From NCBI GenBank assembly GCA_965249725.1, contig CBDFMQ010000001.1:192001-256000 (forward strand): a stretch of 64,000 nt of DNA. Reading direction: 5' to 3'. The translations under genes and the position numbers were made by a program. The number at the start of each line of letters is the position of its first letter. The first letter of the stretch is position 1. Below, in pieces: positions 29,423 to 39,453 of the stretch. A model generated the notes under the pieces. It was not told the DNA's origin. It saw only the letters and a list, made by a program, of their open reading frames with translations, and did no database searches. The DNA comes from Longimicrobiales bacterium (GTDB lineage Bacteria > Gemmatimonadota > Gemmatimonadetes > Longimicrobiales > Gaopeijiaceae).

Positions 29423-32050
29423 CTACTCCGCCCTGAGCGCCTCCACTGGATCGGTCCGGCTGGCGCGAATCCCGGGAATGGCCGCTGCCACGACCCCCGT
29501 CGCCAGCAGCACCAGGCTGGCCACGCCGAAACTACCAAGGTCCATGGGCTCGACCCCGAACAGGAAGCTCGACAACACGCCGGAGAGAAGCGCCGAGGCC
29601 GCGATACCCCCGATGATGCCCCCCACCACGGGCACCATTCCGCTCCGCAGGACCGATCGTAGCAGGGCGTTCGGCTCCGCGCCGAGGGCCATGCGGATCC
29701 CGAATTCCGCCTTTCGCCGCGCTACTGAGTACGAAACGACGCCGTAGACGCCTACCGTCCCGAGCGCTAAGCCCAACAGGGCGAACAGCCCGAGGAAGAA
29801 GCGGAGACGAAGCGGTTCTGCCATGGCATCGTCCACAACGTCTTGCATCGTGACGACACGAGCGATCGCGACGTTGGGATTGAGACGTCGTACGAGAGCG
29901 CGGAAGGGGGCGGTCAGTGATGTCGACTCGAGGTCGGTCTTGAGGGTTATGACCATCCCTAACCCGGCCGAGCGGGCCTGTGCTTGCGGTTGGTACATGA
30001 CGAGTGTGTTTTCGCCCACGAGGCTCTGCATCCGCACTTCCTCCGCGACCCCTACAACGGTGAGCCAATCGCCCGAGCCCTCGACGCCCGTCCGGACGCG
30101 CCTTCCCAGTGGATCGTCCCCTGGCCAAAGGCGCTCCGCGAACGCCTCGCTGACGACGACCACCTTCGAAGCCCCGGCCATGTCGCCCGCGTTGAAGCTC
30201 CTGCCCTGGACGATCTCGATTCCCATCGTGGCGAAGAAGCCCGGAGTCACTGGCCTCCACATGCTGTTGGGGCGTCTCGCGCCCTCCAGGTCCGGCCGGT
30301 CCTCTACGCTGACCGTGCCTTGCCAACCGCCGTCTCGGATCGGGAGTCGGGCCACGAGTCCCGTCGAGCTGACCCCGGGTAGCGCGGCCGCCTCGTCGAC
30401 GACCACCTCGAAGAACGCGTGCAGCTCGGCTTCGGTCATGGTCTCCTCTCCCACGAGGTCCACGGCCAATACGCCGGTGGGGTCCACTCCCGTGTCGAGC
30501 GATTGGAGGTGCGCAACGCTCCTGCTCAACAGCGTGGCACCCGTCACCAGCATTACGGCCAGCAACACCTCCGAGAGGACCAACGCCCCGTGCATGCCGC
30601 CGCCGGCGGTAATACCTCCACGCTGGCTGCGCTCGCCGACGACCTCACCCTCGAGCCGACCGCGGAGCAGTCCTCGGATAGGGATCACCGAGATGAGCGT
30701 CCCCACGGTCAGCGAAAGAACCAGGGCGCCCGCCAGGGCGGTCCAGTCCAGGGTCAGAGTGTCCTCGAATCCGCCTTGGAGAGGCAGGCCGGACACCATG
30801 ATGTCGAAGAGACCGACGGCCAGCACCATGCCTAGTGCTCCCGCCACGACTCCGAGGGTGACGGATTCCGTGAGAATCTGCCGGGCAAGACGCCCGCGGC
30901 CAGCACCCAACGCTGTGCGAACTGCCAATTCGCCTCTTCGATCCGAGGTCCGAGTGAGTATGAGAGCGGTGACGTTGGCGCACGCCATGAGGAGGAGAAG
31001 GCTCACGGAGCCCAGGAGTAGCAGCAGGGCAGGGGTGATGTCACCAAGCAGGTATGCCCGGATCGGAGTGAACGAGGCGTTCTTGGTCTTGTCCCAGGCG
31101 TCGGGGTAGGTGAACCTCTCTCCCAGGGCCGTGGTGAAGCGCGCCAGCTCCTCGTCCAGTTGGGCGGCGTGCGCGTCGGGCCTCGAGCGACCGATGAGGG
31201 CGAGCCAGCCGTTTCCCCTGTACGCCCCGTAGGCCGGATTCAGATCGAGGGGGCGCCACATGCGGAACTCGGGCGTGGGGAAGTAGAAGCCGCGGGGCAT
31301 CACTCCGATGACGGTAGTGGGGGCCCCACCCAAGGTGAGACGCTTCCCGATCACGTCCGGATCGCCTCCCAGATCCTGCTGCCACAATCCGTAGCTCAGC
31401 ACGACCGTCGGCTCGGCTCCGGGCCGGTCCTCTCCGGCGACGAACGTGCGACCCATGAACGCTCCCGTGCCGAGAACGTCGAACAGCTCGGCCGAGGCCT
31501 GGACGACGTTCACCAGACTCGTCGCGTCTCCGTCCCGGAAGGTCACGCCGTCCTGTCCGTAGGCGGCGATACCCTCGAGGACCCGTGTGCGTTCCGAGAG
31601 GTAATCGAACTCCGAGCCGCGCCAGTCGTGAGGCATCCAGAAGGTCAGGAGCCCGTCTTCCTGGGCGTAGGGAAGAGGCTTCAGCATGAGGCCGTTCACG
31701 ACGCTGAAGAGCGCCACGGTGCCTCCGATTCCCAGGGCCAGCGTGAGGGCGGCCAGAGCGGTGAAGGCCGGGCGGCGACGAAGCTGGCGGAGAGAATGGC
31801 GGAAGTCACGCATACCGTCGTCCACGAAGCCGACACCCCACGAGGAGTGGGTCGCTTCCTTCTGGCGGTCCACTCCACCGAAGCGGGCATAGGCCACCCG
31901 TCTGGCCTCCGCCGGGTCCATCCCCCGATCGAGATTCTTCTTCACCTCCATCTCCAAGTGGAAGATCATCTCTTCGTCCAACTCCCGATCCATCCGCTTC
32001 CGGTCGAAGATTGCCCGAAGCCTCCACCTGAGATCCGCGATCCAGCGCAT
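29423..32050 (-). CDS. ADOP-type duplicated MacB/FtsX ABC permease
   Basis: ELDEEMIFHLE leader, LALGIG, ACANV, RTALGA, EFGIRMALGA, DPVEALRAE. Confidence 0.92.
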   Translation of the reverse strand: MRWIADLRWRLRAIFDRKRMDRELDEEMIFHLEMEVKKNLDRGMDPAEARRVAYARFGGVDRQKEATHSSWGVGFVDDGMRDFRHSLRQLRRRPAFTALAALTLALGIGGTVALFSVVNGLMLKPLPYAQEDGLLTFWMPHDWRGSEFDYLSERTRVLEGIAAYGQDGVTFRDGDATSLVNVVQASAELFDVLGTGAFMGRTFVAGEDRPGAEPTVVLSYGLWQQDLGGDPDVIGKRLTLGGAPTTVIGVMPRGFYFPTPEFRMWRPLDLNPAYGAYRGNGWLALIGRSRPDAHAAQLDEELARFTTALGERFTYPDAWDKTKNASFTPIRAYLLGDITPALLLLLGSVSLLLLMACANVTALILTRTSDRRGELAVRTALGAGRGRLARQILTESVTLGVVAGALGMVLAVGLFDIMVSGLPLQGGFEDTLTLDWTALAGALVLSLTVGTLISVIPIRGLLRGRLEGEVVGERSQRGGITAGGGMHGALVLSEVLLAVMLVTGATLLSRSVAHLQSLDTGVDPTGVLAVDLVGEETMTEAELHAFFEVVVDEAAALPGVSSTGLVARLPIRDGGWQGTVSVEDRPDLEGARRPNSMWRPVTPGFFATMGIEIVQGRSFNAGDMAGASKVVVVSEAFAERLWPGDDPLGRRVRTGVEGSGDWLTVVGVAEEVRMQSLVGENTLVMYQPQAQARSAGLGMVITLKTDLESTSLTAPFRALVRRLNPNVAIARVVTMQDVVDDAMAEPLRLRFFLGLFALLGLALGTVGVYGVVSYSVARRKAEFGIRMALGAEPNALLRSVLRSGMVPVVGGIIGGIAASALLSGVLSSFLFGVEPMDLGSFGVASLVLLATGVVAAAIPGIRASRTDPVEALRAE

Positions 32051-32065
32051 CCTATTCCCCCCGCC

Positions 32066-32413
32066 TCACGACGCTTCGATGATCCGTTCCACCGCCCCGG
32101 ACAGCTTGGACCAGTGCTCGAGTTCCATTCCCAGTTGCTTTTCACCGTCTCGGGTCAGGCAGTAGTACCGCGCTCTTCGGTTGTTGTCGGTCACCTGCCA
32201 CTCCGAACGGATCCACCCCTCACGGGTCAGGCGGTGGAGAGACGCGTACAGTGATCCCTGGTTCACTTGGAGCACGTCTCTGGACATCTGCTGAATGCGC
32301 TCGGAGACGCCCCAGCCGTGCATGGGTTCCATGGAGAGGACCTTTAGGATCAGCATGTCCATGGTGCCCTTGATCATGTCGCCCTGTCGTTTGCCCACGC
32401 TCTCTTCCTCCAT
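32066..32413 (-). CDS. PadR-family transcriptional regulator (Acidobacteria-type)
   Basis: GTMDMLIL, HGWG, QGSLY, NNRRARYY; adjacent to ADOP permease. Confidence 0.92.
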   Translation of the reverse strand: MEEESVGKRQGDMIKGTMDMLILKVLSMEPMHGWGVSERIQQMSRDVLQVNQGSLYASLHRLTREGWIRSEWQVTDNNRRARYYCLTRDGEKQLGMELEHWSKLSGAVERIIEAS

Positions 32414-32438
32414 GAACGGAGTCCCGCTGACTGTTCTC

Positions 32439-32514
32439 TCTGTGAGCGAGACCGGTGCATGCGCTTCTTTCTGTAAACAAGAGTACCTGTCGCACTACCC
32501 TCTGTAAACAAGAG
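32439..32514 (-). promoter_or_regulatory. padR promoter overlapped by three phased operator-like repeats
   Basis: TCTGTAAACAAGAG at 32470 and 32501, degenerate copy at 32439; minus-strand TTTACA-N17-TACTCT. Confidence 0.7.
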
Positions 32515-32633
32515 AAGGTCGAAGGGTTGGACGGGAGTCGAGCCGGAAAGGTTGGAGGGTCGGAACGCGGGGGAGTCTGGGTGGGGCGCGGGCACGCGTG
32601 GGCACGCGTGGGACGGTCATACGTATGGTTCGA

Positions 32634-34181
32634 TCACGAACGTACGTACGGCGAACTCTCCAGAGCCTCGATCGCCTGCGCGATGGTCGCCGGAGGGATA
32701 TCGTCCTCGCATTTGTAGCGGGCCGCGGCGGTGGCGTAGTTGGGCTCGATGCTGCGGGCTCGGTTCTGCTCGATGAGCGCCTCGGCCGGTCTGGGCGGAA
32801 GCGGTGGGGTCGGGGCCGGCCTGTCCGGGATCATCCTCATGGTGGGATCGAGGAAGTAGAGCCGCTCTCCGCGGGGGGAGTGCATCGTATAGCCCTCCTC
32901 GTGCACCAGCCGGTGATGGAACCGGCACAGAAGCACGAGGTTGTCCAGCTTGGTCTGCCCCCCGTCGGCCCAATGTCTCACGTGATGGGCGTCGGTGAAG
33001 CGGAGACCGCAGCCCGGGAACCGGCATCCCCGGTCGCGAGACTCGAGCGCGCGCCTGAGCGCCGGAGGGATCGTGCGTGTCTTACGGCCCACATCGAGGA
33101 TCGAGCCGTCGGGTGACTCGGTGAGCGGTACCACAGCCGCGTCGCACGACAGCCTCCGGGACGTTTCCGCGGAAACGCGCGTGCCGTCTTCGAGGTCCGA
33201 GCGGCCCGGCTCTGTTTCGGCCTGCAGCGTGAGCGATTCGACGTGTAGGACCACTTGGTAGCGTTCGGTGCGGGTCCCGCTGAGGGGGGCCGAGTCGTCG
33301 CGTCCATCCTCAGCACGCTCTTGCCCGAACCCGACCGCCAGCGCCCGCTCGGCGACCAGTCCCACCGCGTCCGCTCGCCGCTGCTTCGGCTCGATGTCCG
33401 TGGCGGGGCCAGCGGCAGGGTCCGTGGCTGGGTCCGCGGCGGAGTCCGCGGTCGCATCCGCCGCCGGATCCGACGAAGCGCTCTCCCTGTACAGCGCGTC
33501 ACCCGCAGCGTCCACCGCCCGCATGAGCATCGCTCCTACCTCCGGGTCCAGCCCCCCGCGTACGAGATACATGCCCTCCTCGTCCGGGAAGACCGAGAAG
33601 TAGCGCGAGCGGTGCCGCATCCTCTCGAGCTCGGCCTCGTCGTGCCGGCTCAGGCTCCGCCACGCCCTGACCACCCGCTCCAACTGGGCCGCCGTGCAGG
33701 AGTGGGCCAACTCGAGCAGCTCGCCTTCGCTCTCGCGTGTGGCCACGCGGGTGAGCGCCCTCACCTTCGTGAACGACAGCTCGCCTTGGGCCATGGACGC
33801 GCTGATGCGTGGAAGGTCGAGCAGCGCTCGCGAGGCCCGTACTCGTTCGCGGGCGGCCCCCAGGTCGATGCCGGTACGAAAGGCCAGCCAGTGGGCACAG
33901 GACCTGTGGCCGCCCGGCTCCCACCCGCGGAGCCGGTCGAACTCTGCGATCAGGGTCAGGAAGCGATGCTCGGCGGCGTGGATGTGTGCCGCGAGCGTGG
34001 CGATCTCGTCGCCGAGGTCCTGGAGCGCGTCGAAGTGATCGTCGGGTGCCCCGCCGCCGGCCAGACATCTATCGGGATCGGCCCGGACATCGGGGTTCGT
34101 GGCGACATCTGGAACTTTGGCAACGTTTGGAATCTTGTGAACGTCTGGAACCTGCGGGCCGGCGAGCGTGGCGGGACGCAT
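32634..34181 (-). CDS. DUF222 + HNH endonuclease (13E12-repeat-like)
   Basis: SCAHWL, RRADA, RRLSCD, RDRGCRFPGC, AHHVRHW, NLVLLCRFHH. Confidence 0.92.
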   Translation of the reverse strand: MRPATLAGPQVPDVHKIPNVAKVPDVATNPDVRADPDRCLAGGGAPDDHFDALQDLGDEIATLAAHIHAAEHRFLTLIAEFDRLRGWEPGGHRSCAHWLAFRTGIDLGAARERVRASRALLDLPRISASMAQGELSFTKVRALTRVATRESEGELLELAHSCTAAQLERVVRAWRSLSRHDEAELERMRHRSRYFSVFPDEEGMYLVRGGLDPEVGAMLMRAVDAAGDALYRESASSDPAADATADSAADPATDPAAGPATDIEPKQRRADAVGLVAERALAVGFGQERAEDGRDDSAPLSGTRTERYQVVLHVESLTLQAETEPGRSDLEDGTRVSAETSRRLSCDAAVVPLTESPDGSILDVGRKTRTIPPALRRALESRDRGCRFPGCGLRFTDAHHVRHWADGGQTKLDNLVLLCRFHHRLVHEEGYTMHSPRGERLYFLDPTMRMIPDRPAPTPPLPPRPAEALIEQNRARSIEPNYATAAARYKCEDDIPPATIAQAIEALESSPYVRS

Positions 34182-34499
34182 CGAACCCCCTCATCTGTCG
34201 ACATGGTAACGACTTACGATGAAATATAACGGGCTGATTCGGGGGCTCTCAGACGGCCCTGGAAGGCGCGAGGAGCGGGCCCTAGGTCAAACGAAGTCGG
34301 ACCGATTGAGGTTCGCGTGGCAGCGGGCACGTGGAGGCCGCGCACAAGCCGATTCGGGGTAACTCCGGGACCCGACAGACTACGCCTCGGTCAAAGTCGT
34401 CAATAGCTGGATGGGACGTTAGCGGTCTCGCCAGAGGCCAGCGCGCCCCGAAGAGCAGCCCGCCGCGCTTATCCCCGGAAGAAACTGGCCGGAACCGGG

Positions 34500-35402
34500 C
34501 TACCAGCTGACGTACTTGTACATCAGACGAATCAACTGGTAGGCCTGAGTCATGTCCTGAGCCGTGTATTCGACGCTTGTCCCGTCCAGCCGGCTCATTC
34601 CGGGAATGGCCTGAAGCACATCCGCGCGGGTCGTGGAGGCGAAGCGCATTCGGATCCTGATCGGATCCCTGACCTGGAGCGGGGAGGCGTTGGCGAGATC
34701 GGCCAAGGCCTCGTGGGTCGCGTCGCGAAGACGCTCTCGTACGACATCCGGGTGCAGGAGTCGAGCGACCTGGTATCCGATCGCCTCTTTGGTGGTGACT
34801 GTCCGAGTCTGGACCAGGTCACCGAACTGCTCTGCGAAGGTGGCATCACCCGCGGCTACGAGGATCGGGACGTCGTGCGATCCGGCATAGTGGGCGTTCA
34901 AACCGCCCTCACCAACCTCCACCCCGTTTAGCCAGAGCCCTTTGACAGACCCCGACCCGGTGTGCGCCAGGAAGCCACCGTCGGTGCCTGCCCGGGCGTG
35001 ATAGCCCAAGAAGATCGCCCCGTCGAAGGAGCTGTCGAGCCCCTGTACCATTCCCAAAGGCTTGATGTTGCCCTGGATGTAGGTGACGCGCGGGTCGAGT
35101 CGTGTGTGGAGGAGGTTCTGCATGTCCCCGTGTGAGTCGTTTACGAGGATCTCGGCCTCGCCGTGTTCGAAGATGGCCGCAACCACAGTGTTGACCTCTT
35201 CGGTCATCAGCGCGCGTCCCGTGGCGTAGTCCTTCCCGGCCCCGTTCGTCATCTTCCCGGTCCCGATGCCTCCGATGCCTTCCATGTCAACGGAGATGAA
35301 GATCCTTAGGGGACGGTCCTGCCCGGACAGTCCGGATGTGGCGAGCCCCGCCACGGCGAGAGCCAGGATCAGAGGGAGCATGGAAGCGCGCTTCGAGATC
35401 AT
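34500..35402 (-). CDS. dppA: M55-family D-aminopeptidase (DppA-like) with signal peptide
   Basis: ISVDMEG, VNDSH, GYHARAG, LAHT, GEGGLN. Confidence 0.9.
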   Translation of the reverse strand: MISKRASMLPLILALAVAGLATSGLSGQDRPLRIFISVDMEGIGGIGTGKMTNGAGKDYATGRALMTEEVNTVVAAIFEHGEAEILVNDSHGDMQNLLHTRLDPRVTYIQGNIKPLGMVQGLDSSFDGAIFLGYHARAGTDGGFLAHTGSGSVKGLWLNGVEVGEGGLNAHYAGSHDVPILVAAGDATFAEQFGDLVQTRTVTTKEAIGYQVARLLHPDVVRERLRDATHEALADLANASPLQVRDPIRIRMRFASTTRADVLQAIPGMSRLDGTSVEYTAQDMTQAYQLIRLMYKYVSW

Positions 35403-35603
35403 CGTAGATCCTCCGAGGAAGACAGTGCGGCCGAAGCCGGAATCTGTACGGAAAAGAAAGTTCTGAGTGTGTAACCCGGGCCGTTGGTAGATTGAGAATA
35501 AGGGACTCGATTTAACATATCGACCCCCCTTGTAGTCAAAGCCGGTGGAAGGGATGATCAGTCGCCCTGATCGGCCTGTGCGCCAGATGAGGAGATTCAG
35601 AAT

Positions 35604-36346
35604 ATGAAGTACCGTTTCTTACTTGGCTTGGTGGCCTTCGGTGTGATCGCTCTGGCCTCCTGTAGTGACACTGCCGCACCCGACGGGACCGACTCGGTCC
35701 TCGAGACCCTCCTGACTCTCGACGTCGCGATGGTCTCCGCCGACGCGCTTCTCGACGACGTGGCGGAACTGCAGTTGGGGTTCGTCGGTGGCTTCGGGGC
35801 CCGCTTGGGGCACCTCCCGACCGTGTTCGGGTCGTCACGTTTTTCGACGCCGACGGCAACGAGCAGGAGGCCTACGACGAGGTCACGACCGCCTCGATCC
35901 ACCTCGTGAGCGAGTTCAGTGGCGAGATGGCCCGTGAGGGCATTTCGGGCAGCATCTCCCGTACACGGGACGTCACCATCACCGGTCTCGAGGGCGACGA
36001 GACCACCCGGACAGCGAACGGCTCGGGAACCGGCTCTGTGTCCCGTAGCCATCACTCCGACGAGCACGGGGACCGGAGCTATGACATGTCCGGTTCGTCT
36101 GTTATGGCCGATGTCGTTCACGGCGTGCCGCGGGCGGATAATCCATACCCGCTTTCCGGCGCGGTTACGCGCGACGTGACGGTGGTCATCGTCAATGGGC
36201 GCAACGGCGACGAGACGCGCACCAGACATGTGCAGATCACGTTCGACGGGACGCAATTCGCGACCATGTCCGTCGATGGCGAGTCATTCGAAGTCGACCT
36301 TTCGACCCGCGACGGCCGTCATCCCCTCCGAAATCGCGGACGGTAG
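35604..36346 (+). pseudogene. Lipoprotein of unknown function split by a 1-nt frameshift near 35796-35810
   Basis: Lipobox LASC in 35604..35909; the second frame is protein-like from about 35810 (VTFFDADGNEQEAYD) through 36346; G4 runs at the switch. Confidence 0.72.
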
Positions 36347-36442
36347 CATCTGGTTGCGAAGTCCGAGACGCCCTTTAGCATCCGAGATGGGCCAGCATCT
36401 CACCTACTTCACCGCGGCGGTCGTCCGCAGGACTGACGGTTC

Positions 36443-37612
36443 GTGCTGACCCGGCTGCTCAGGATCACGCTCGTAGCCGCATTGGTCGCGTTCGTTGCGG
36501 TGGTGGTGGTATCGGTCGCGACTCGACTCCCGCTAGAGGCGCCCTCGGCTCGGGGGCCGCTTGAATGGGTGGGTGCCATTCATGTGCACACCGTGGCTTC
36601 GGACGGCGGCGGCACGATCGAGGAGGTCGCGGCGGCCGCCCGGGCCACCGGACTCGACTTTCTCACCATCACGGATCACAACATCTGGGCCATGCCGGCG
36701 CCGATCTATGTCGATGGACGGTTGATGGTCCTCGGGGAAGAAGCCCGAGTGCCTGCCGGACACATGCTGGTCATCGGTGGTGACGACCCACAGGAGAGGC
36801 GCGCGCGACGCGCTGAGGCCGAGGAGAGCGGTGAACCGTTGGGGTCTTCGGTCCCGGAGGGTCCTGGCCTGCGTATCGTGGCCCATCCGGAGGGGCCGGG
36901 CGATCCCTGGAACGACTGGGATCCCGCCGGCTTCGATGCACTCGAGATCTGGAATTGGGATACGGAGCTCCGCGACGACGGCTTGGGCGATTGGCCCAAG
37001 GCGCTTCTGCTTCTTCCGGCCGAGCCGGTATCCGCGATGCTGGAACTGGTCGATCGGCCGACGGCGTCACTCGAGCGCTGGGATCGCCTTCTGGCAGAGG
37101 GTCACCGGGTAGCCGGCGTTTGCTCGGTCGATGCGCACTCGAACGTGCCGGTCACCGATGATCTGGCCCTGCCGTTCCCAGCGTACAGGGACCTCTTCAG
37201 CTTAGCCCGCCAACACGTGCTCCTCGGAGCCGAGCCTACTGGGGAGGCGGTCCACGATGCCGCGCTCGTGACGGAAGCACTGCGCCTCGGCCGCAGCTTC
37301 TGCGCGCTGGACGCAGTCGCGGACGCCTCGGGGTTCACCGCCGAGGCCGTGAGCCTGGATGAGGCGGTGACGTTCGGAGGAGAAATTCCGTGGGAGGTCG
37401 AAAGCACGAGGATCAAGGCGTCGGTGCCGAACGTCGCGGCAGCCACGGTCGTGCGGCTCTATCGTGATGGCGCCCTGGTGTCGGAGGGGACGGGGCCCGA
37501 GTACGATTCCGGGCCCCTGGTGGGGCCAGGAGCCTATCGCCTGGAGATCTACGTGGAGCTGGGGCGCGGGCAGGTTCCCTGGATCTTCACGAACCCGATC
37601 TGGGTGCTGTGA
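36443..37612 (+). CDS. PHP-domain metallohydrolase (CehA/McbA-like)
   Basis: IHVHT..SDG, TDHN, AHP, DAH, WIFTNPIW. Confidence 0.85.
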   Translation: MLTRLLRITLVAALVAFVAVVVVSVATRLPLEAPSARGPLEWVGAIHVHTVASDGGGTIEEVAAAARATGLDFLTITDHNIWAMPAPIYVDGRLMVLGEEARVPAGHMLVIGGDDPQERRARRAEAEESGEPLGSSVPEGPGLRIVAHPEGPGDPWNDWDPAGFDALEIWNWDTELRDDGLGDWPKALLLLPAEPVSAMLELVDRPTASLERWDRLLAEGHRVAGVCSVDAHSNVPVTDDLALPFPAYRDLFSLARQHVLLGAEPTGEAVHDAALVTEALRLGRSFCALDAVADASGFTAEAVSLDEAVTFGGEIPWEVESTRIKASVPNVAAATVVRLYRDGALVSEGTGPEYDSGPLVGPGAYRLEIYVELGRGQVPWIFTNPIWVL

Positions 37613-37625
37613 GTGCGCTCATCGC

Positions 37626-38318
37626 TCAGTACCGGATGTCCGAGCGGCCCACGGTCTTGCCGATGTGGCCCACGGCCCGACCCATCGTGTAAAACTCCCC
37701 GCTCCCGGCCGTCATGCCGAAGAACGGCACGTCGTCCACACGGAGTCGCTCGTTCTCGTCCACGGTTCCCTCCAGGACGGTAGTGGCGACGACCTCCGCG
37801 ACGAACAGCGTGCGTGCCGGCGGCACCAGGAGGGAGTCGAAGACGCGGCATTCCACGTGTATAGGACACTCCTCGACGGTGGGCGCGTTCACCTCGACGG
37901 CCGATCCGCGAGTCAGCTCTGAGAGCTCGTACTTGTCCCCCACCCTCGACGAGCTCATGTCCACTCGGTCGAAAGGCGTGACGATGTCGGCCACCGGGAC
38001 GTTCAGGACGAACTCGCCGTGGCGCTTGATGAGCTCTCCGGCCACATGCTCGTCGCCCACGGCCACGCCGATGTGGGGTGGGCTGCCCTCGATGATGAAC
38101 GTCCACACGACCGAGAGGTGATCGGGATCACCCGGTGCGCCGTTTACCGACAGTAGCACAGCCGGGACGGGTGGCAGCATGGGCCCGGGCTCCCGTAAGC
38201 GGATGCGTTCGGCGGCCTGCGACCGTTCGATGTTCAGAGGGGCGCCACCGGAGAGTATCGCACCGGCAGCCGTGACCCCCAAGAACGACCTTCGCGACAG
38301 ACCATCTTGAGCGTTCAT
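37626..38318 (-). CDS. Flavin-reductase-like FMN-binding protein with Tat signal
   Basis: SRRSFLG twin-arginine motif; EFVLNVP, APTVEECP..ECRV. Confidence 0.82.
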   Translation of the reverse strand: MNAQDGLSRRSFLGVTAAGAILSGGAPLNIERSQAAERIRLREPGPMLPPVPAVLLSVNGAPGDPDHLSVVWTFIIEGSPPHIGVAVGDEHVAGELIKRHGEFVLNVPVADIVTPFDRVDMSSSRVGDKYELSELTRGSAVEVNAPTVEECPIHVECRVFDSLLVPPARTLFVAEVVATTVLEGTVDENERLRVDDVPFFGMTAGSGEFYTMGRAVGHIGKTVGRSDIRY

Positions 38319-38380
38319 GCTCTTACTCCCGGGTCGAGCGGTTCATAGCGGACTCCATCATGTTTCGGTCACTGCGTGGG

Positions 38381-39088
38381 TCAGGCAGTGCTCGACTCGC
38401 GAGGCCGTGGGCCCGTTGATTCCTCAGACGCAGAGCGCGCCGCCGCCGCCGCGTCGTGGCCGTGGTCGTAGTAGCGCTGTTCCTGGGCTTCCACACTTGG
38501 GTCTCGGTATCGGATGAGACCGGCGGGGAGCCGGTGAGTGGACTGGCCCAACACCCGGGATAGTCCTGTGGCCGACGACTCGAGGATCTCAGCCACCATC
38601 CGAACGGAAACACCCGACTCGCCGTCTCTCAGGGATCCCAGGCTCTGCATGTCGCCCAGGGCATCCTTGAGGCCCACGAGCGACCCTACCGCATTCGCCT
38701 CGGTATCGAGGGCCTCGCGGCTCTGCGTGCCGAGGTTGACCAGGAGTGTGCGAGTGAATCGGGGCACGGGGTCCTTGGAGCGAATGCCCGAGATGATACC
38801 CAGGAGCTCTTCCGAGCCCGGTTGCTGTGGGCCTCCCTGCCAGATCCAGACCACTCGCTCGATGGAATGGAACAGCCTCCAGGAAAGCTCACGCCCGCGG
38901 TCCTGGAGCCGCCGACGTTCGAAGAACCACTCGACCACGGCCACCGTGACCAGGATGCCGAAGATCTCCGTGCCCAGGTTGATGAAGAGGGTACCCGTGG
39001 GCGTTGTCGGGCCCACCACAAAGAAAGCGATCAGCACGCAGCCGATGGAGATGATCGAGAAGGCGACTGCGACGAGGGCGCGGATCAA
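38381..39088 (-). CDS. Hypothetical membrane protein (2 TM plus cytoplasmic domain), paralog of 46172..46945
   Basis: NLGTEIFGILVTVAVV..FERRR motif. Confidence 0.72.
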   Translation of the reverse strand: MIRALVAVAFSIISIGCVLIAFFVVGPTTPTGTLFINLGTEIFGILVTVAVVEWFFERRRLQDRGRELSWRLFHSIERVVWIWQGGPQQPGSEELLGIISGIRSKDPVPRFTRTLLVNLGTQSREALDTEANAVGSLVGLKDALGDMQSLGSLRDGESGVSVRMVAEILESSATGLSRVLGQSTHRLPAGLIRYRDPSVEAQEQRYYDHGHDAAAAARSASEESTGPRPRESSTA

Positions 39089-39309
39089 GGATGTTCCTAG
39101 CTGGTGGTCTGAGCGGAACCTGGCGTGGCGGGTCCAGCCGGACCCATCACGTGAAACTGCACGGGGGCGAACGGGTGCACAACTGCGATTGGCGCAGGGT
39201 CATTCCTGCGGTGCCCGCGACTCCGTGGGGTGGACCGATGGGGCGCGGCGACCGCTCTGCCGGGACCGGGAAGCGAGGCCCGGCCCCGGAGAGCGGACGG
39301 ATCCGAGGT

Positions 39310-39453
39310 TTAGGCACCCCCGTTGGCAGCCGTCACCACGGGGTAGGCCAGGGAGGCGATGATGGCGATGTAGGCGACGATGACGCCGGTCACCTCCAGA
39401 AACATCACGGCCTTCGACTCCTTGTGCTTCGCTTTCTTCGCTTCCGGTTTCAC
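39310..39453 (-). CDS. 47-aa single-TM small protein
   Basis: AAGGAGGA RBS before GTG; basic N-terminus then hydrophobic helix. Confidence 0.65.
   Translation of the reverse strand: MKPEAKKAKHKESKAVMFLEVTGVIVAYIAIIASLAYPVVTAANGGA

Noticed and set aside
32439..32514. Spaced repeats as a mini-CRISPR
   Set aside because: 14-bp repeats with 17-bp spacers are too short and coincide with a promoter
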